Shown here: piece by piece, positions 1 through 12,250 of the stretch
Layout of the letters: each line of letters begins with the position of its first letter
Numbering within the stretch: the first letter of the stretch is position 1
Origin: Podarcis cretensis
Lineage: Eukaryota
Length of the DNA stretch: 64,000 nucleotides
Direction of reading: 5' to 3'
Assembly: GCA_951804945.1 (NCBI GenBank)
Contig: OX638154.1
Span: 60,078,001 to 60,142,000, forward strand
The notes under the pieces: model-generated
Told to the model about the DNA's origin: nothing
The model's input: only the letters and a program-made list of their open reading frames with translations
Database searches by the model: none
Made by a program: the position numbers and the translations under genes

Positions 1-244
1 TACATTCCTCTGAGCCTTCGTTCCCTCTTGATAATATCCTGAGGCATTTGATAAGGAAATGCCTGCCTGTTTCCTCTCATAACACACCCAAATGGTTTAT
101 ATGAATTAATAAATTATCCAAAATTGCTGTACATTTCCCAGAACCTCCTGTTATCTGTAACTGCCTGCCTGAACTTGCATGTGTTGCGCTTCAAATTATC
201 AGACACCTTGCAAGTGTTAGAAATGGGTAGAGCACCATGTAGGT

Positions 245-382
245 CAAGGATGGGGAACCTGTAGCTGTCAAGATACTGTTGGTCTTCAGGTCCCATCAGC
301 CGCAGCCAGCATGGCCGGTAGTCAGGGATTATGGGAGTTGGAGTCCAATGACAACTGGAGGGTGAAAGGTTCCACACCCTTG
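245..382. mobile_element. Older copy of the same hAT-type MITE group
   Basis: Shares the tcccatc...atgggagttggagtcc core. Further degraded relatives lie near 4225-4340, 20790-20900, 24030-24170, 33060-33170 and 52580-52670. Confidence 0.6.
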
Positions 383-2738
383 ATTCCACAATTGATAAAC
401 TGACATCTTGACAACTTCCCATAACCACCACACCACTGAGGTGTCCTTTAAAAGTTAGAAGAGTGCTGTGGGATGAACATAGGACCATCTCTTGCCACTA
501 GGGTAATGTTTACAGTTCTGCAATTGGGCATGTCAGATAGGTCTTTTCCAGAAAACTGGCATCCAGCAAAACCCAAATGATTGGCCCCACTTGTGATTGT
601 GGTACACTAGCACTGTGGCAAAACCATAGGTATCCAATTGGTCACTGTGAAAACAGGATGCAGGACTACATTGGCCTTTGGCCTGATCCAACAGGGCTTT
701 TCTTGTGTTCTTATATGTGGTCTGAAAATATTGTTTATTTCAAATATTTCAACCCCATTCTTCAGTCCAAAAGGCTTATGTAAGAGCTATAACATGCAAG
801 ACACTCCCTGGCCACAGACAGGTTACATTTTTTTACCTGCTTCCAACAATGTTCCAAATTCCAGCTTGTTCTTTTTAAAAAGTGCATTGAAAATACATGT
901 GGCCCACCTAACCTTTCCCGTTTGGCTGTGATGCTATTTTACTACGGTGGTCAAGAGAGAAGAAAGAGGCTCCCTTAGGGTCGAAGGTTGTCAGAGCATA
1001 TGTATTCCCAAGTCTGGCAAGCTCCGCATACGTCTGTGGTTAGAAGTGTGAATAAAAGGATCCAGCCTTCCAGACTGAAAGATTAGCGGGCCTCTGCTTA
1101 TTTACACAATATTATACAGTCCTTGTTTCATACTTACATTCATATGAAGGCCAACAAATATTTGAAACGGAGGCCAGCTGTTTCGCATAAGCGTCCAGCG
1201 TCCTTCCCACTTGGTGCGGATTGAAAGGGATGGAAATGCCTCGTTCCCCACAGAATTGCAACCCACCCAGAAGTTCCAGATTCCTCAACGTCCCAGGGAT
1301 TTGTTTTTGTTTGTTTTTCTAACATTCCCTTTTTCATGGGCTCTGTGTGCTTAGCAAAGAGACTGAAAAATTGCAGGCAAGAGGTATGCAGTGCTCCTGA
1401 AAACCTTCGTCAATTCAACTCCTCCTCAAACGCAGGTTCTTTTGCATCTAAACACAGCAGCTCCCCTGCCATATTGGTCAGCAGTTGGATTAAACCAGGG
1501 CCAAAGAGTGGGTCCTCTGACAGATTCTCCCTCACTAAAGATGTGAACTGGGTAACATGACTGATTTCCTGGGCGCTTAAAAGTTTCAGCTCTCTCTGTT
1601 AACAAACGCTAGAGAGCTCTGCTTTAACTGTATGTGGTGATGTTTCTTCCTTATACCACAGCCAGGGGTTTTACTTGTGTGAAGGATGCCCTGGGTCCAA
1701 TTATCATCATCATCATCATCATCATTATTATTTGTATAACTGCCCTTCACCTGAAGATCTCAGGGTGACACTTATTTCCCCAACCAGGGGTTCAAAGTAT
1801 GAGGAGGCAGTTCTGGAACAAAACTAGTCTTTTTATTTAATTACATGCAATAATGGTTTTACACTTGACGGCTACTCATGAGGGGGGTGATTCTTAGTTT
1901 TCTGCTTACTAATCTATGTAGATATGCAGCTTTCCTATAGAAACCAGGGTGTTGCTACTTTATAGCTGCATAAAAAGAATTCTTTATTAGAAAAAAGAGA
2001 ACAAGATACATTGTTTTTCACTTTTAGAAGTCAGGTTGGTAATTTCACAGCTGCTGTAATTTGCAGAAAGCTGCCTTCCTTCCTTCGGCTAGGTTGTGAC
2101 TACACTGATGAATACCCTGCTAAATCAATGCATATTGAAAGCATCTGGATGCTAGATTAGTTGGGCTGGCAATGTGAAATAAACGTGTGGTATCTATAAG
2201 AATTATATTGGCTTGGCACGACTTTATGAGATGATTACATTGTTACTTATGGGTCGTAGCCCAATTTTATAATATACATCTGTAAGCATTGGTGGTGGTA
2301 TAACTGGCTGAAGAGGATAGCTCTTTTATGTTTCTTACCTCCATGCCAGTTGATAAATGCATAGATGTGTCAAAATTCTAAGTATTTCTGATGTTCTTTT
2401 CCAAATCTGATCTGCAGGTCAAATTCACTTGAGTCATATCATGTCATGGATAAATATTAGGTGCACGGTGACAACAATATTTACCTTGTATCTGTTTTCG
2501 GAGTGTTTTGCAGGTGCCTGATATGGTTTGGATCCACTTTGTGTTGTTCTAATTATTCAGTTCATATATGATCTGTTAAATCTAAACCATTGCAGGCATG
2601 GTTAGCCCTTCTGAGGGGCTGCAGCTTGCCAAATTTCAGAAAACAAGGTGCAGAGGATCTCCTTTAAGGACTGACTTTACCATTTAGGCATTGCTATTGG
2701 GAAAGGAAGATTTTTCTCTTACCCCACCACCCCTCCTA

Positions 2739-2887
2739 NNNNNNNNNNNNNNNNNNNNNNNNNNNNNNNNNNNNNNNNNNNNNNNNNNNNNNNNNNNNNN
2801 NNNNNNNNNNNNNNNNNNNNNNNNNNNNNNNNNNNNNNNNNNNNNNNNNNNNNNNNNNNNNNNNNNNNNNNNNNNNNNNNNNNNNNN
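2739..2887. other. Assembly gap (N run)
   Basis: Run of N. Confidence 1.
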
Positions 2888-4871
2888 TGTATTTGAAAGC
2901 TTGACCTGTCAAACAAGTTGAATGATTTCCCTGCCTGTCCACCACTCCCCTCTTTAGCTTTAGACATTCCCCCGGTCAGTTCAGTTTCATTTATCGGGGG
3001 GGACCCCAACCCTTCCAACTCACACTACTGATTCTGCATCCCAGAACAAAATGCAGCATGGCACCATTTTGAAGGAAAGAGCTTTTGCTTTTCTAAGTTG
3101 ATGACCACTTTTTTTAAAAAAAAATATAACTCCTGTTCTTTGGTCTCAAAACAAAACAGCTGTGCATTTATTTTTATGGGTAATACAGAGCCACAGAGCT
3201 ATTCAGAAGGTTGGGCGCTTACATAGGAAGAGCCTGCTGGTCCTATGGCTTGTCCAGTCCTGGTTACAAGGAGATACAAAGAACAGAAAGAAGGATTGGG
3301 CCTTACATCTTCATTTCGGCTTCAGTTCTATGCATGATTACCTGGGAGTAAGTCTTCTTGAACTCAGGGGACTTAATTCTGAATAGACATTGATAGCATT
3401 GTGCTGCTAAGTAGATGGATGCATAGAACAAAAAGCTTCCGTTCCTCCCCTACACCGACACAAAAACAGCAACACTACTGCTTGTATTGCACTGAAAGAG
3501 ACACTGGCACTTGATTTCTGGCTCCATTCAAGAGAGGGACAAAAGGAACAGAAAAGGTACGAGTCCCTTTCCAACCATGCCCACCTCCCAGTCACACACT
3601 TCTGAGAACCAACAAAGTCTAATCTCACTTGTCATCAGTCATTTCCTTCATTGCAACTCTTTCACATGGTTCACATTGCACTTTGTTTTTATAGAGACAG
3701 GCATATACACAGCACCACAGAAGAAACGCAGCAGAGGTTGTTGGAGAGTGCTCTGACAGATGTCTGTTGATGATAGCATTGTGTTTGTTTTCATATTTGG
3801 AGGATAAGTATGTGGCATGTGGTCCTTTTTTGGAAAAAGGTATCTGGGTGGCAGCTGCATTTTTGTGTTTGCTTATGAAAAGCAAATGGGCTTTATTTAA
3901 CTATTGTGGGAAATTATATGTGCCATTGGCTGACCTTAAAAGCCCTTGTGTTCCTCACCCCACCTCCCCAGTCATTCACAAGTTCCCAAGAATATATTCC
4001 TCTATGGTTGTGGCAGCACCTCGCTTGTCACCATTGCTGGTTATAAGTGGGGAGATCTATCCATCTGTCAGTGTGGGAAGAAGAGCCTCAGTCGGGGTGC
4101 ACTGGAAGCTTCTGTTATCCCCACCATTGCCAAAGATGGCAAGTGCCACAATGGGTGGGCCTTTGCAGCAGCAGGGAGGAAAAGGCCAAATGAAGGTTAG
4201 GAGAAAGCTGCAAGGGATTGCTGTCACCTGCTGCAGTTGTCCAAAAGGGTCCTCATTTGCCAACCTGGACTTCTCAATATGTTTGGACTGCAATGCCCAT
4301 CAGCCCCAGGCAGCATATAGCTGAGGGAAGTTGAGGACACCATGTGGGCAAATGTTCTAATATTTGAAGGAAGAGGTGTGTTTCAGTGACTATGAACGTT
4401 TACTCAGCTGTGGGCCACCCTGTGTTCAATGGGGCTTGCTACTAGGGAAGTCCTTACTAAAGAACTCAATGGAACATGAACTCTTGAACTCAGTGAATTT
4501 ACTTCAGAATAAAATATGCTCAGAATGACCGTGTGAGATTCAGAATGGCCAAGCCTTGTGAAGATAGACCTACAAGGAAATGGTTGCACCTTTGTGCTGC
4601 CATGTGGAATTTCTGGCATGTTCCTTCTGTTTAGAGGTAATTTTATTGAAATATGGATAAGGATATGGATAAACTTCTGGATGTTTTGTCATCCATCTGG
4701 AGTACAGTATAGTCTTTATTGACTTGGTCTTTTTTCTGCCTCTAACCTTATAAAACAGAAGGTGGAATGGTCAACAGCAATAAGCAGCAGTTCTGTGGCT
4801 CACTCAACCAATCATTTTTTAAAATGCCTCTTTATTTTGATATCATAGAAATGACCCTTGTAGGGTTTTAA

Positions 4872-4883
4872 AACTAACTAACC

Positions 4884-4917
<34 letters not shown>
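4872..4917. repeat. (AACT)n microsatellite
   Basis: Direct reading. Confidence 0.95.
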
Positions 4918-5575
4918 TCTGCCTGGTTTAATTTATGTCACTTGGTTTTCAGACTTGCTAACTGTGTTGATCCTGATGTTCTTATGATTCAGCATATACT
5001 TCATACTAGGCACACCAACACCTAGAGGCCGAGGCAGTTTTGCCCCCCCACCAAAGTATTTTTGAGGGGGCCAAACCCTCACAATATTCAGAGGGACATT
5101 CAGCACCATGCCCTGGCTCCTTGCAGCATTGCACACCTGATGTCATGACATTGCATGGTGTCGCGCACAGGCCCCTACAATCCCTTACAGAGTGTAAGGG
5201 TAGGTAGTGTTAGCAATGTTTATTGCTCAAGATGAATTCCTCAAATGAGTGTGCCCTTGTTTCTTTCGTCCACTTATCTGAGGTACCAGTTTACACTGGA
5301 GAGAGTGTGTTGCTTCTGGTGGGAAATACCATGAGCCGTCAAATTTGATTTGTAACGTTTTCTTTCACAGAGGACCATAGGGCCTATTTATAAGGCACCA
5401 CATGAAAGCCTATCAAGGTATCCAGCAGTTATCAGGGCCAGGGAAGCCACCAGAAGATTTTTCATGTGGCTTATAAGCAATTATTACCTCCCCCAGCATT
5501 TCTCTTAATTTGTTCTTGGAAATAGTATTTTTCTTTCTTTCTTCATGGCATGGAGTATCTTCAAAACTCAGCAGA

Positions 5576-5578
<3 letters not shown>

Positions 5579-5622
<44 letters not shown>
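5579..5622. repeat. (CT)n microsatellite
   Basis: Direct reading. Confidence 0.95.
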
Positions 5623-6862
5623 GTCCCCAACTGTTTGAGCCAAAAGCACTCAAGGAGCTCTCCTTGTTTTGATTTTGGCACCACCAAACAGAACATAGTT
5701 CAAAGCCTGGTTCAAGGATGAGGGACTTGGTCCAGGATAAAACACTCATTTTAAGCAGAGTTATGTCCTGTGGTGACAAATTGCAGAAGATTTGTTAGAT
5801 GACGAATGAAGGACGACAATGTAGATTTTATTTTAAATTTCCCAATGCATGTGCAAATGTTGGGGCTCTGCTGTATATAATCTCCAGGAGGCAGAGATGG
5901 AATACTGTGAGGAGAAATACATCACTCGCAGTTTGTAAAATATGGATATTGCTTAAAAATACGCTCTTTGTGATGCAAAGCCAGGCATAAATTGAAGTAG
6001 ACCACCATGAAGAAGAAGAAAATACCCTCAGCTTGTGTTACATTCATTGGCCAAGTCCGGAGTTGCCGCAGGTCGATTATCATGGGTTTCTGCAGAAATA
6101 ATTCTGGGGGTGCTGGGTCTGTGACTTGTAACTACCGGTTGTTAACTTATGTCTGAACCCCATGCACTATCATATGGTGCTGAAGAATTAAGAAACAACA
6201 GTGATTTACTGTATTGTATGGGAGTATACTGTACATTTCAGAACTTCTAACAAATTGCTTTGTTTCTCCATTTAACAGTAACAGAGTATGTCACTAAAAA
6301 GACGTACAGCTTCAGTTTGTCCAGTGAACAAAAATACCTCAGGATTCTGACTCACATTACTGCAGGATTCTGAACCAAATTAAAAACTGCTAAGGCTGGA
6401 ATCTCATCTTTTATGAAGCATCTGCCTTGGCTATGGTGAATGCCAATCATAAAGTCTGAAATGTGCGAGACCTTTTTGTTAATACCTGTCCATCCTTAAC
6501 ATAAAGAAAAATATAGGACAAAGGGAATTATGCTTTAAACAGAAGCTTGAATCTTTGAGGGTCTTGACCAAAACGGTCAATGACTTCTACAAATTTCTCT
6601 TTGGGATAGGTCTTCACCTTTTCTCTATGGACATTCAGCAAACACAAACCAGACAATCAATTGTAGGGTGTATAGTTGTCCTCACCCTGCACAATGTGCT
6701 ACAGGATAATTCAGGCCCTTCAGGTTTTGCACCAAGTACCCATTGCTGGATTTTATACTGTTCTTAAATTGCTTAAATGGTTTCTGCTGCTGTGTTTTAT
6801 TCTGATTTTCATTGGCTTCTTGCTGATCTTCTTGTGGTTTTATTTTGGTTAGCACTTTTATA

Positions 6863-7221
6863 AGGTAAAGGTAAAGGTACCCCTGCCCGTACGGGCCAGT
6901 CTTGACAGACTCTGGGGTTGTGCGCCCATCTCACTTAAGAGGCCAGGGCCAGCGCTGTCCGGAGACACTTCCGGGTCACGTGGCCAGCGTGACATCGCTG
7001 CTCTGGCAAGCCAGAGCCGCACACGGAAACGCCGTTTACCTTCCCGCTGGTAAGCGGTCCCTATTTATCTACTTGCACCCGGAGGTGCTTTTGAACTGCT
7101 AGGTTGGCAGGCGCTGGGACCGAGCAGCGGGGGCGCACCCCGCCGCAGGGATTCGAACCGCCGACCTTTTGATCGGCAAGCCCTAGGCGCTGAGGCTTTA
7201 ACCCACAGCACCACCTGCGTC
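6863..7221 (-). mobile_element. Near full-length Sauria SINE
   Basis: Minus strand has a tRNA-like head with A box (TGGTGCTGTGG) and B box (GGTTCGAATCC), a Sauria body and an (ACCTTT)n tail. TSD CACTTTTATA at 6853-6862 recurs at 7226-7235 and 7300-7309. Confidence 0.93.
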
Positions 7222-7319
7222 TTTTCACTTTTATAGTGAATTGTATTTTTGTGAATTGTATAGTGAATTGAATTTTTATAGTGAATTTTATAGTGAATTC
7301 ACTTTTATAGTGAATTGTA
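7222..7319. repeat. Scrambled tandem array of TTTATAGTGAATT(G) units at the SINE 5' junction
   Basis: Six GTGAATT-containing units, all derived from the flanking target sequence CACTTTTATAGTGAATTGTA. Confidence 0.85.
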
Positions 7320-7429
7320 ATTTGGATTTTACTGTTTACTAGCGGGGAGTGTCCCACTCTTCTTGAGTATTCTTAAAAGCCAAAGACTATTTTGTTTTTT
7401 AAATTGCATAGTGCAATTTGTGAGTTTGG

Positions 7430-7791
7430 ACCTGTCACATGAAAAATCCAAAGTCACTTTTCAATCTGCCATCTTGATTCAGAATGTCACCCAGTGTCTA
7501 AATGGTGATTAAGTCTGCTGCTCCATCTCAGGAGTCCTCATGCCAAGTTTTGTGATGATATCTTGAGAGGCAGCCAAACCGATGCCAATAAACAGGTGAA
7601 GTCACACCAAAGTCATGTTTTTGTCCACCATCTTAATTCAAAATGGCAGCTGGCATCCAAACATTGAGGAAGAGTGCTGCCTCCATCTCAGAAACCCTCA
7701 TGCAAAGTTTGATAATGATATCTCATCCAAACATATAGAGGACAAACAAATGGACAGATGGACAAACCACTTTACAAAATACATAGTAGAT
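7430..7791 (+). mobile_element. Possible non-autonomous Helitron/Helentron-like element (5' end approximate)
   Basis: Internal diverged duplication of about 100 bp (7468-7563 vs 7628-7723, CCATCTT..CTCATGC(C/A)AAGTTT..GATATCT), a GACA-like stretch and a 3' end ...ACATAGTAGAT. Confidence 0.4.
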
Positions 7792-9469
7792 GCCAAAAAA
7801 TAGTATAATAAATAAACAACACTCCTTTCTAAATGCTTTCTTTAAAATAAAACAAAATAAAAAACAAGGTAAAATAAATAAATAAATAAATAAATAAATA
7901 AGGTACAAAAGAGTTGGATTAGACTGGACTGAAGATTTGAATTCATTAAACTCAGTGATCCAGTGTGCTTCTGCTAATAAAGAAGCAATCACAGGAAGCA
8001 TCTATTAAATTTTCATTACAAATAAATCCCAGCATCCAGAGAAGAGTCTGGCTGAATGGGCTGGGGGAGGAAAAGCTGTCATTACCTCTTTTGCTGCTAT
8101 GGAGTGGTTAAAAATACAACATAATCTCTAAGGGGTGACCCAGCAGCCTTGTTGCTACTGTTTAATCTAACTATTATTCACAATTACGAGATGCCTTTCC
8201 AGTAAATAAACTGTTCAAAGCAGTTCAGGGCACCAGTAGATGCCCAGTAAGAAATGGCAGTTGAATTGGGTCAAGACAGCACAGGTTTTGAATATACCTA
8301 ACCAATTATCTCTTCCTGTAGACACTTAGGCAACTGAACCGGCAAAGCCAACATGCCCAGAATTCCTTTTATATATTCCTTTCGGCTCCAGTCAGAGAGT
8401 GCTTCAAGATTTCTGATCTGAAGGGGGCGGGGCATTCTGCATCAGTCAGCTTCTTTATTCTTCATGCAGACAGACAATACCAACCCCATTAATTTTACAG
8501 AAGCTGAGCAGGGCGAAGAGAAGAAAGGGAGCTTGCTCCATCTGGATATACTGTGATGTTCATCTTTGGCACCATGTACAAAGATACCAAGGAAACATAA
8601 AATGGTAACTATAACCATTTGGCATCCTGCACTTGCCAAACCACTTCTGTATCCTGGTTATGAACATTGTCGCCTCAAAGTTAGCAGGGAGGAGAAATAG
8701 ATCAGAAGGGTTCTTTGCGTCCATTTCCCAAATGCAACTTCATAACGCTTTTATTCATGTGGGGCAGCTCTGCCATGTGCATAACATCATCCATGTTCTG
8801 GTCTCATTGTTTTAGACTCTATCTAACGTGCCCCAATAATGACTCTTTGTGTCATTTCACACCCGTCTTCCTCTTTTTAATCAAATGGGATGCCATTAAA
8901 AAAAAAAAGCCATCCAGGAAATTGTCATAGGATTTAAATATTTTTATCTGGTAGTCTTGAATTTTAGACTACGCCTGAGGTTTTCCACCAACACACTCTG
9001 CTTCTAATAAACAACCCAAATTAGCAGGAATCCAAGATTATATCACAGCTTAGGGAAATGCCCTTGTGGGCTTTTTTATATATAAAAAAGTCTCAATGTA
9101 TTTATAACAGATGAGTCAAGCTTTCTACAAAATTTGGCTCCATTTCAGAGCCTGACATGATGGGTCACTGAGTTTCCTGTCTTAACTTCTACCATTCATG
9201 ACTTATAAAACAGTGGAGAGTTTTACTAGCAGAAAGGCCCCATGGGGGCAGTTAGGTGCTGATTCATCAATGGAGCATTTTAAGGGACCAATCCTGCAAG
9301 GAATTAGATGTTGATGGTCAGTGCAACAGTGGAGAACAAGGAGTAACCAAATATGGACAAGCCAACCAAAGTTAAGGCACAACATGATTTGGTCTCTCAC
9401 TTGAAATCAATGCAGCCTAGGGGTCAGCTATATCCTCCTGTTTGCTTCTTGTATAGAGCTATGAGAAAG

Positions 9470-9626
9470 TCACAGAATCATAGAACTGTAGAGTTGGAAG
9501 GGACCCTGAGGATCATCTAGCCCAACCCCCTGCAATGCAGGAATATGCAGCTACTCCATACAGGAATCGAACCTGCAACCTTGGTGTTATCAGCACCATG
9601 GTCTAACCAACTGAGCTATCCAAGTC
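9470..9626 (-). mobile_element. tRNA-Ile-headed SINE with CR1-derived 3' tail (Squam3-like)
   Basis: Minus strand GGATAGCTCAGTTGGTTAGACCATGGTGCTGATAACACCAAGGTTGCAGGTTCGATTCC resembles tRNA-Ile. The tail is ...CTAGATGATCCTCAGGGTCCCTTCCAACTCTACAGTTCTATGATTCTGTGA. Confidence 0.85.
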
Positions 9627-9930
9627 GTGGGTTTTTTGTTTTTGTTTTTTTGCAGAATTAAACTAGGAAAGCAGAGCTATGTATTGAGAAATATATGAAA
9701 AATTAATTTTGGCTCTTTGGGTTTTGCTGTACTAGATGTCCTGCCACTGGTACTACTTGCAGTCATCCGTGGGCTCCTGCTGACACATCTGATCTATCAG
9801 CAATGGGCTGATGTCCTAATGGTTGGTACATAAAGCACTTGCAGCAACGCCCTGCTGTTAGTGCTTGCAGCTATTTTAATGCTAGTGCCTGTGCATCTGT
9901 GTGTGTTGAATTCACAGCATAGATCCACAT

Positions 9931-10131
9931 TTGGGTTGCCATATTTCAAAAAGTGAAAATCTGGAGACAAAGGTTTGGGGAAATCACAGTTTTTAAAGAA
10001 AATCAGTAAAAATGACACTACCGACATGGATTGCCAAATGTCTGATTTTTCTGGGATATTTTGCCAATTTTTGAGCGGACACTGCAGTATTCTGGGTATG
10101 TCCAGAAAATTCTGGATGTATGGCAACCCTA
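9931..10131. mobile_element. Non-autonomous DNA transposon (probably hAT-type MITE)
   Basis: TIRs GGGTTGCCATA...TATGGCAACCC; TSD not clear. Confidence 0.65.
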
Positions 10132-11194
10132 ACATTCCAGATCAGAATCTGGTAGCACCTTATGGACAAATAAATGTATGGGGCATAGATTTTCATGGAC
10201 ATGAGTTTTCATCAGATGCATCAGATTTACTTCACAGAGATAGGGATCATTCTGATCATGTGATAGTAGTTCATCAGGTATATGGCAGCAGTGCAGGCAC
10301 CTAACAGGAGGGGGTCCTGGGAAGGGATGGAGGTGTTTGATTTGGGTTTTAATGTGAACCTTCCCATTGGTGGCTGCTGCCCACTGGAACTGGTAGGGAT
10401 GCCAGTCACAGGTGGAGTCAGAGTCAATGATAGGTGGAGCCAACTGATTCTGGTTTTGTCCCCATCCTCCTCCCTGTTGAGATTTATCCCACAAAAATGT
10501 GGAGAATGGAATTTAAGAATGGAAAAATGAGAAATGGAGAGAAATCAAAATTGGCAGATTCTTCCAATTCTTCCTTTTGAGGGCAGATTCAGAGCTTTGT
10601 ATCCCAGACCTAAGACAGCCCTCCTTCAAGCTGCTTTGGGTTTCACTCAAAGAAGTAATATGCAACACCGTGAGATCTAGTCTTTTCAGATATCATCAGA
10701 AATGGTTCCATCTGAAAGACTTTTAAGCTTGAGACTTGGCCTGCAACAGAAACTTTATGTGCACCTTTGATATATTGCAAATGGTTTCTGAGCTTTGCAG
10801 ATGTGTCTTATAATTTTATGCTATCCTTCAAACAATTTTATGGGTGAATTTTACATGCTATTATGCCGTATTGCCTTCTTAAAAGTTGTGCTGGCTGGGT
10901 GAATTGGACTGTTTTTATTTCCATCTGCCCTCAAAAGGTGTAAGTCACATTCTGTAAAAAAACACACACCAGTATCTGCCTCAATCTCTTGAGGTATCAC
11001 AAAATAAAAAGCCTCCCAAGCTCAGAGCTAATATAATTTGCAAGTCAGGTGCAGATAAATCATCCCAAACATCCTATGCTATAATATTTCCTACTCCTTC
11101 CCCCAAGCAGTGGAAAAGTTCGTGGCAGTCTTTGCAAGGTCAATATCCTCTGCAGAGAAATTGCCAGATAGGATTTTGTGTTAAGTGCAGGGAG

Positions 11195-11850
11195 CAAATG
11201 GGCAATGAAAATGGTCAGTGGTAGGGAAAGCAAGCCCTATGAGGAAAATTTGAAGTAACTAGGTATGTCTAGCCAGGAGGAGAGGAAACTAAGGCCACAT
11301 TCACACCTTATGTTTAAAGCTCTATGATACCACTTTGAACAGTCATGGCTTCCCTCCAAAGAATCCTGGGAACTGTAGTTTGTTAAGGGTGCTGAGAGTT
11401 GTTAGGAGACCCCTCCCAGAGCTTCAGTTCTCAGAGGTGTTAACAATCCATTCCTTTTCCCAGGGAACTCTGGGAATTGTAGCTCTGGAAGGGGAATAGG
11501 GGTCTTCCAACAACGTTCAGCACCCTTAAACTACAGCTCCCAGGTTTCTTTGAGGGAAACTATGACTGTTTAGAGTGGTATAATAGAGCTTTAAATGAAT
11601 GTGGCCTGAAGGGGGACCCCAACAGGCCTGCAGGGCTAACACATAGAAGAGGGTGATTATTATTTATTGTCCTTCTGCCCCAAAGCGAAGGACTGGGCCT
11701 TAAAGGCTTAAATTCGAGGAGGGTGCATCTTGAGTTGAACATTTGGGGAGGGACTATTGATGCTAAGAGCACTTTGATAATAGAAACAACTACCAATGGG
11801 GGGTCTTATTGCTGGGCTTTTTGAGCAGGGATGCTCTAGCTCCTCACCCT
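11195..11850 (+). mobile_element. Degraded CR1 LINE 3' fragment interrupted by the MITE at 11293-11606 (ends approximate)
   Basis: AAGCCCTATGAGGAAAATTTGAAGTAACTAGGTATGTCTAGCCAGGAGGAGAGGAAACTAAG resumes after the MITE as AGGGGGAC...GGCTTAAATT...GTTGAACATT, typical of the CR1 ORF2 end. Confidence 0.6.
11293..11606. mobile_element. Palindromic MITE, PIF/Harbinger-like
   Basis: TIRs GGCCACATTCA...TGAATGTGGCC, long internal inverted symmetry, flanked by TAA/TGA. Confidence 0.75.
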
Positions 11851-11987
11851 CCATGATTTTATATGCTGGTAAGGTGAACATTGACCAGCATCCCACACAG
11901 ATCTGTGTGTTGGTTCTAAAAGAAAACCAGTGCTCACCCCAGATCTAAAAGCACAGAACCCATCAGTCTGCCCTCACACAATCTCAC

Positions 11988-12250
11988 TGTTAAGTTGTGG
12001 GTGAACATATCAGACGACACAGCGATTCTTCAACAGCTCTTGTTTATTCACAGGCCAGAACAGAACTGAACTGAAGGGTTCAGCCAGCCTGCTTATATAG
12101 AGCTCCACTACAACGCAACAGTAACAACTTTCTGTAACTATCCAATCACTGAATGTCACTTTCAATCCCTTATTTGCATATGTGGACCTGAGTGAAAACT
12201 ATCTACAGTATCCCCCTGCTGGCCCAGGGTGTGAACTTCAGTATATAACA
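11988..12250 (-). mobile_element. Solo LTR, 263 bp
   Basis: Termini TGTTA...TAACA with 5-bp TSD CTCAC (11983-11987, 12251-12255). On the minus strand the octamer, CCAAT element, TATA (12093-12100) and AATAAA (12043-12048) occur in U3-R order. Confidence 0.85.

Noticed and set aside
3767-4324. 185-aa ORF, the longest in the track
   Set aside because: Non-ATG start, no recognisable domain, and it runs into a MITE remnant; consistent with a chance ORF.
7226-7319. Repeat array superficially like CRISPR
   Set aside because: No unique spacers, irregular short units, eukaryotic context.
9550-9626. tRNA-Ile-like sequence (also the Lys- and Asn-like sequences) as tRNA genes
   Set aside because: Stems and boxes are mutated and each is fused to a CR1 tail, so they are SINE heads.
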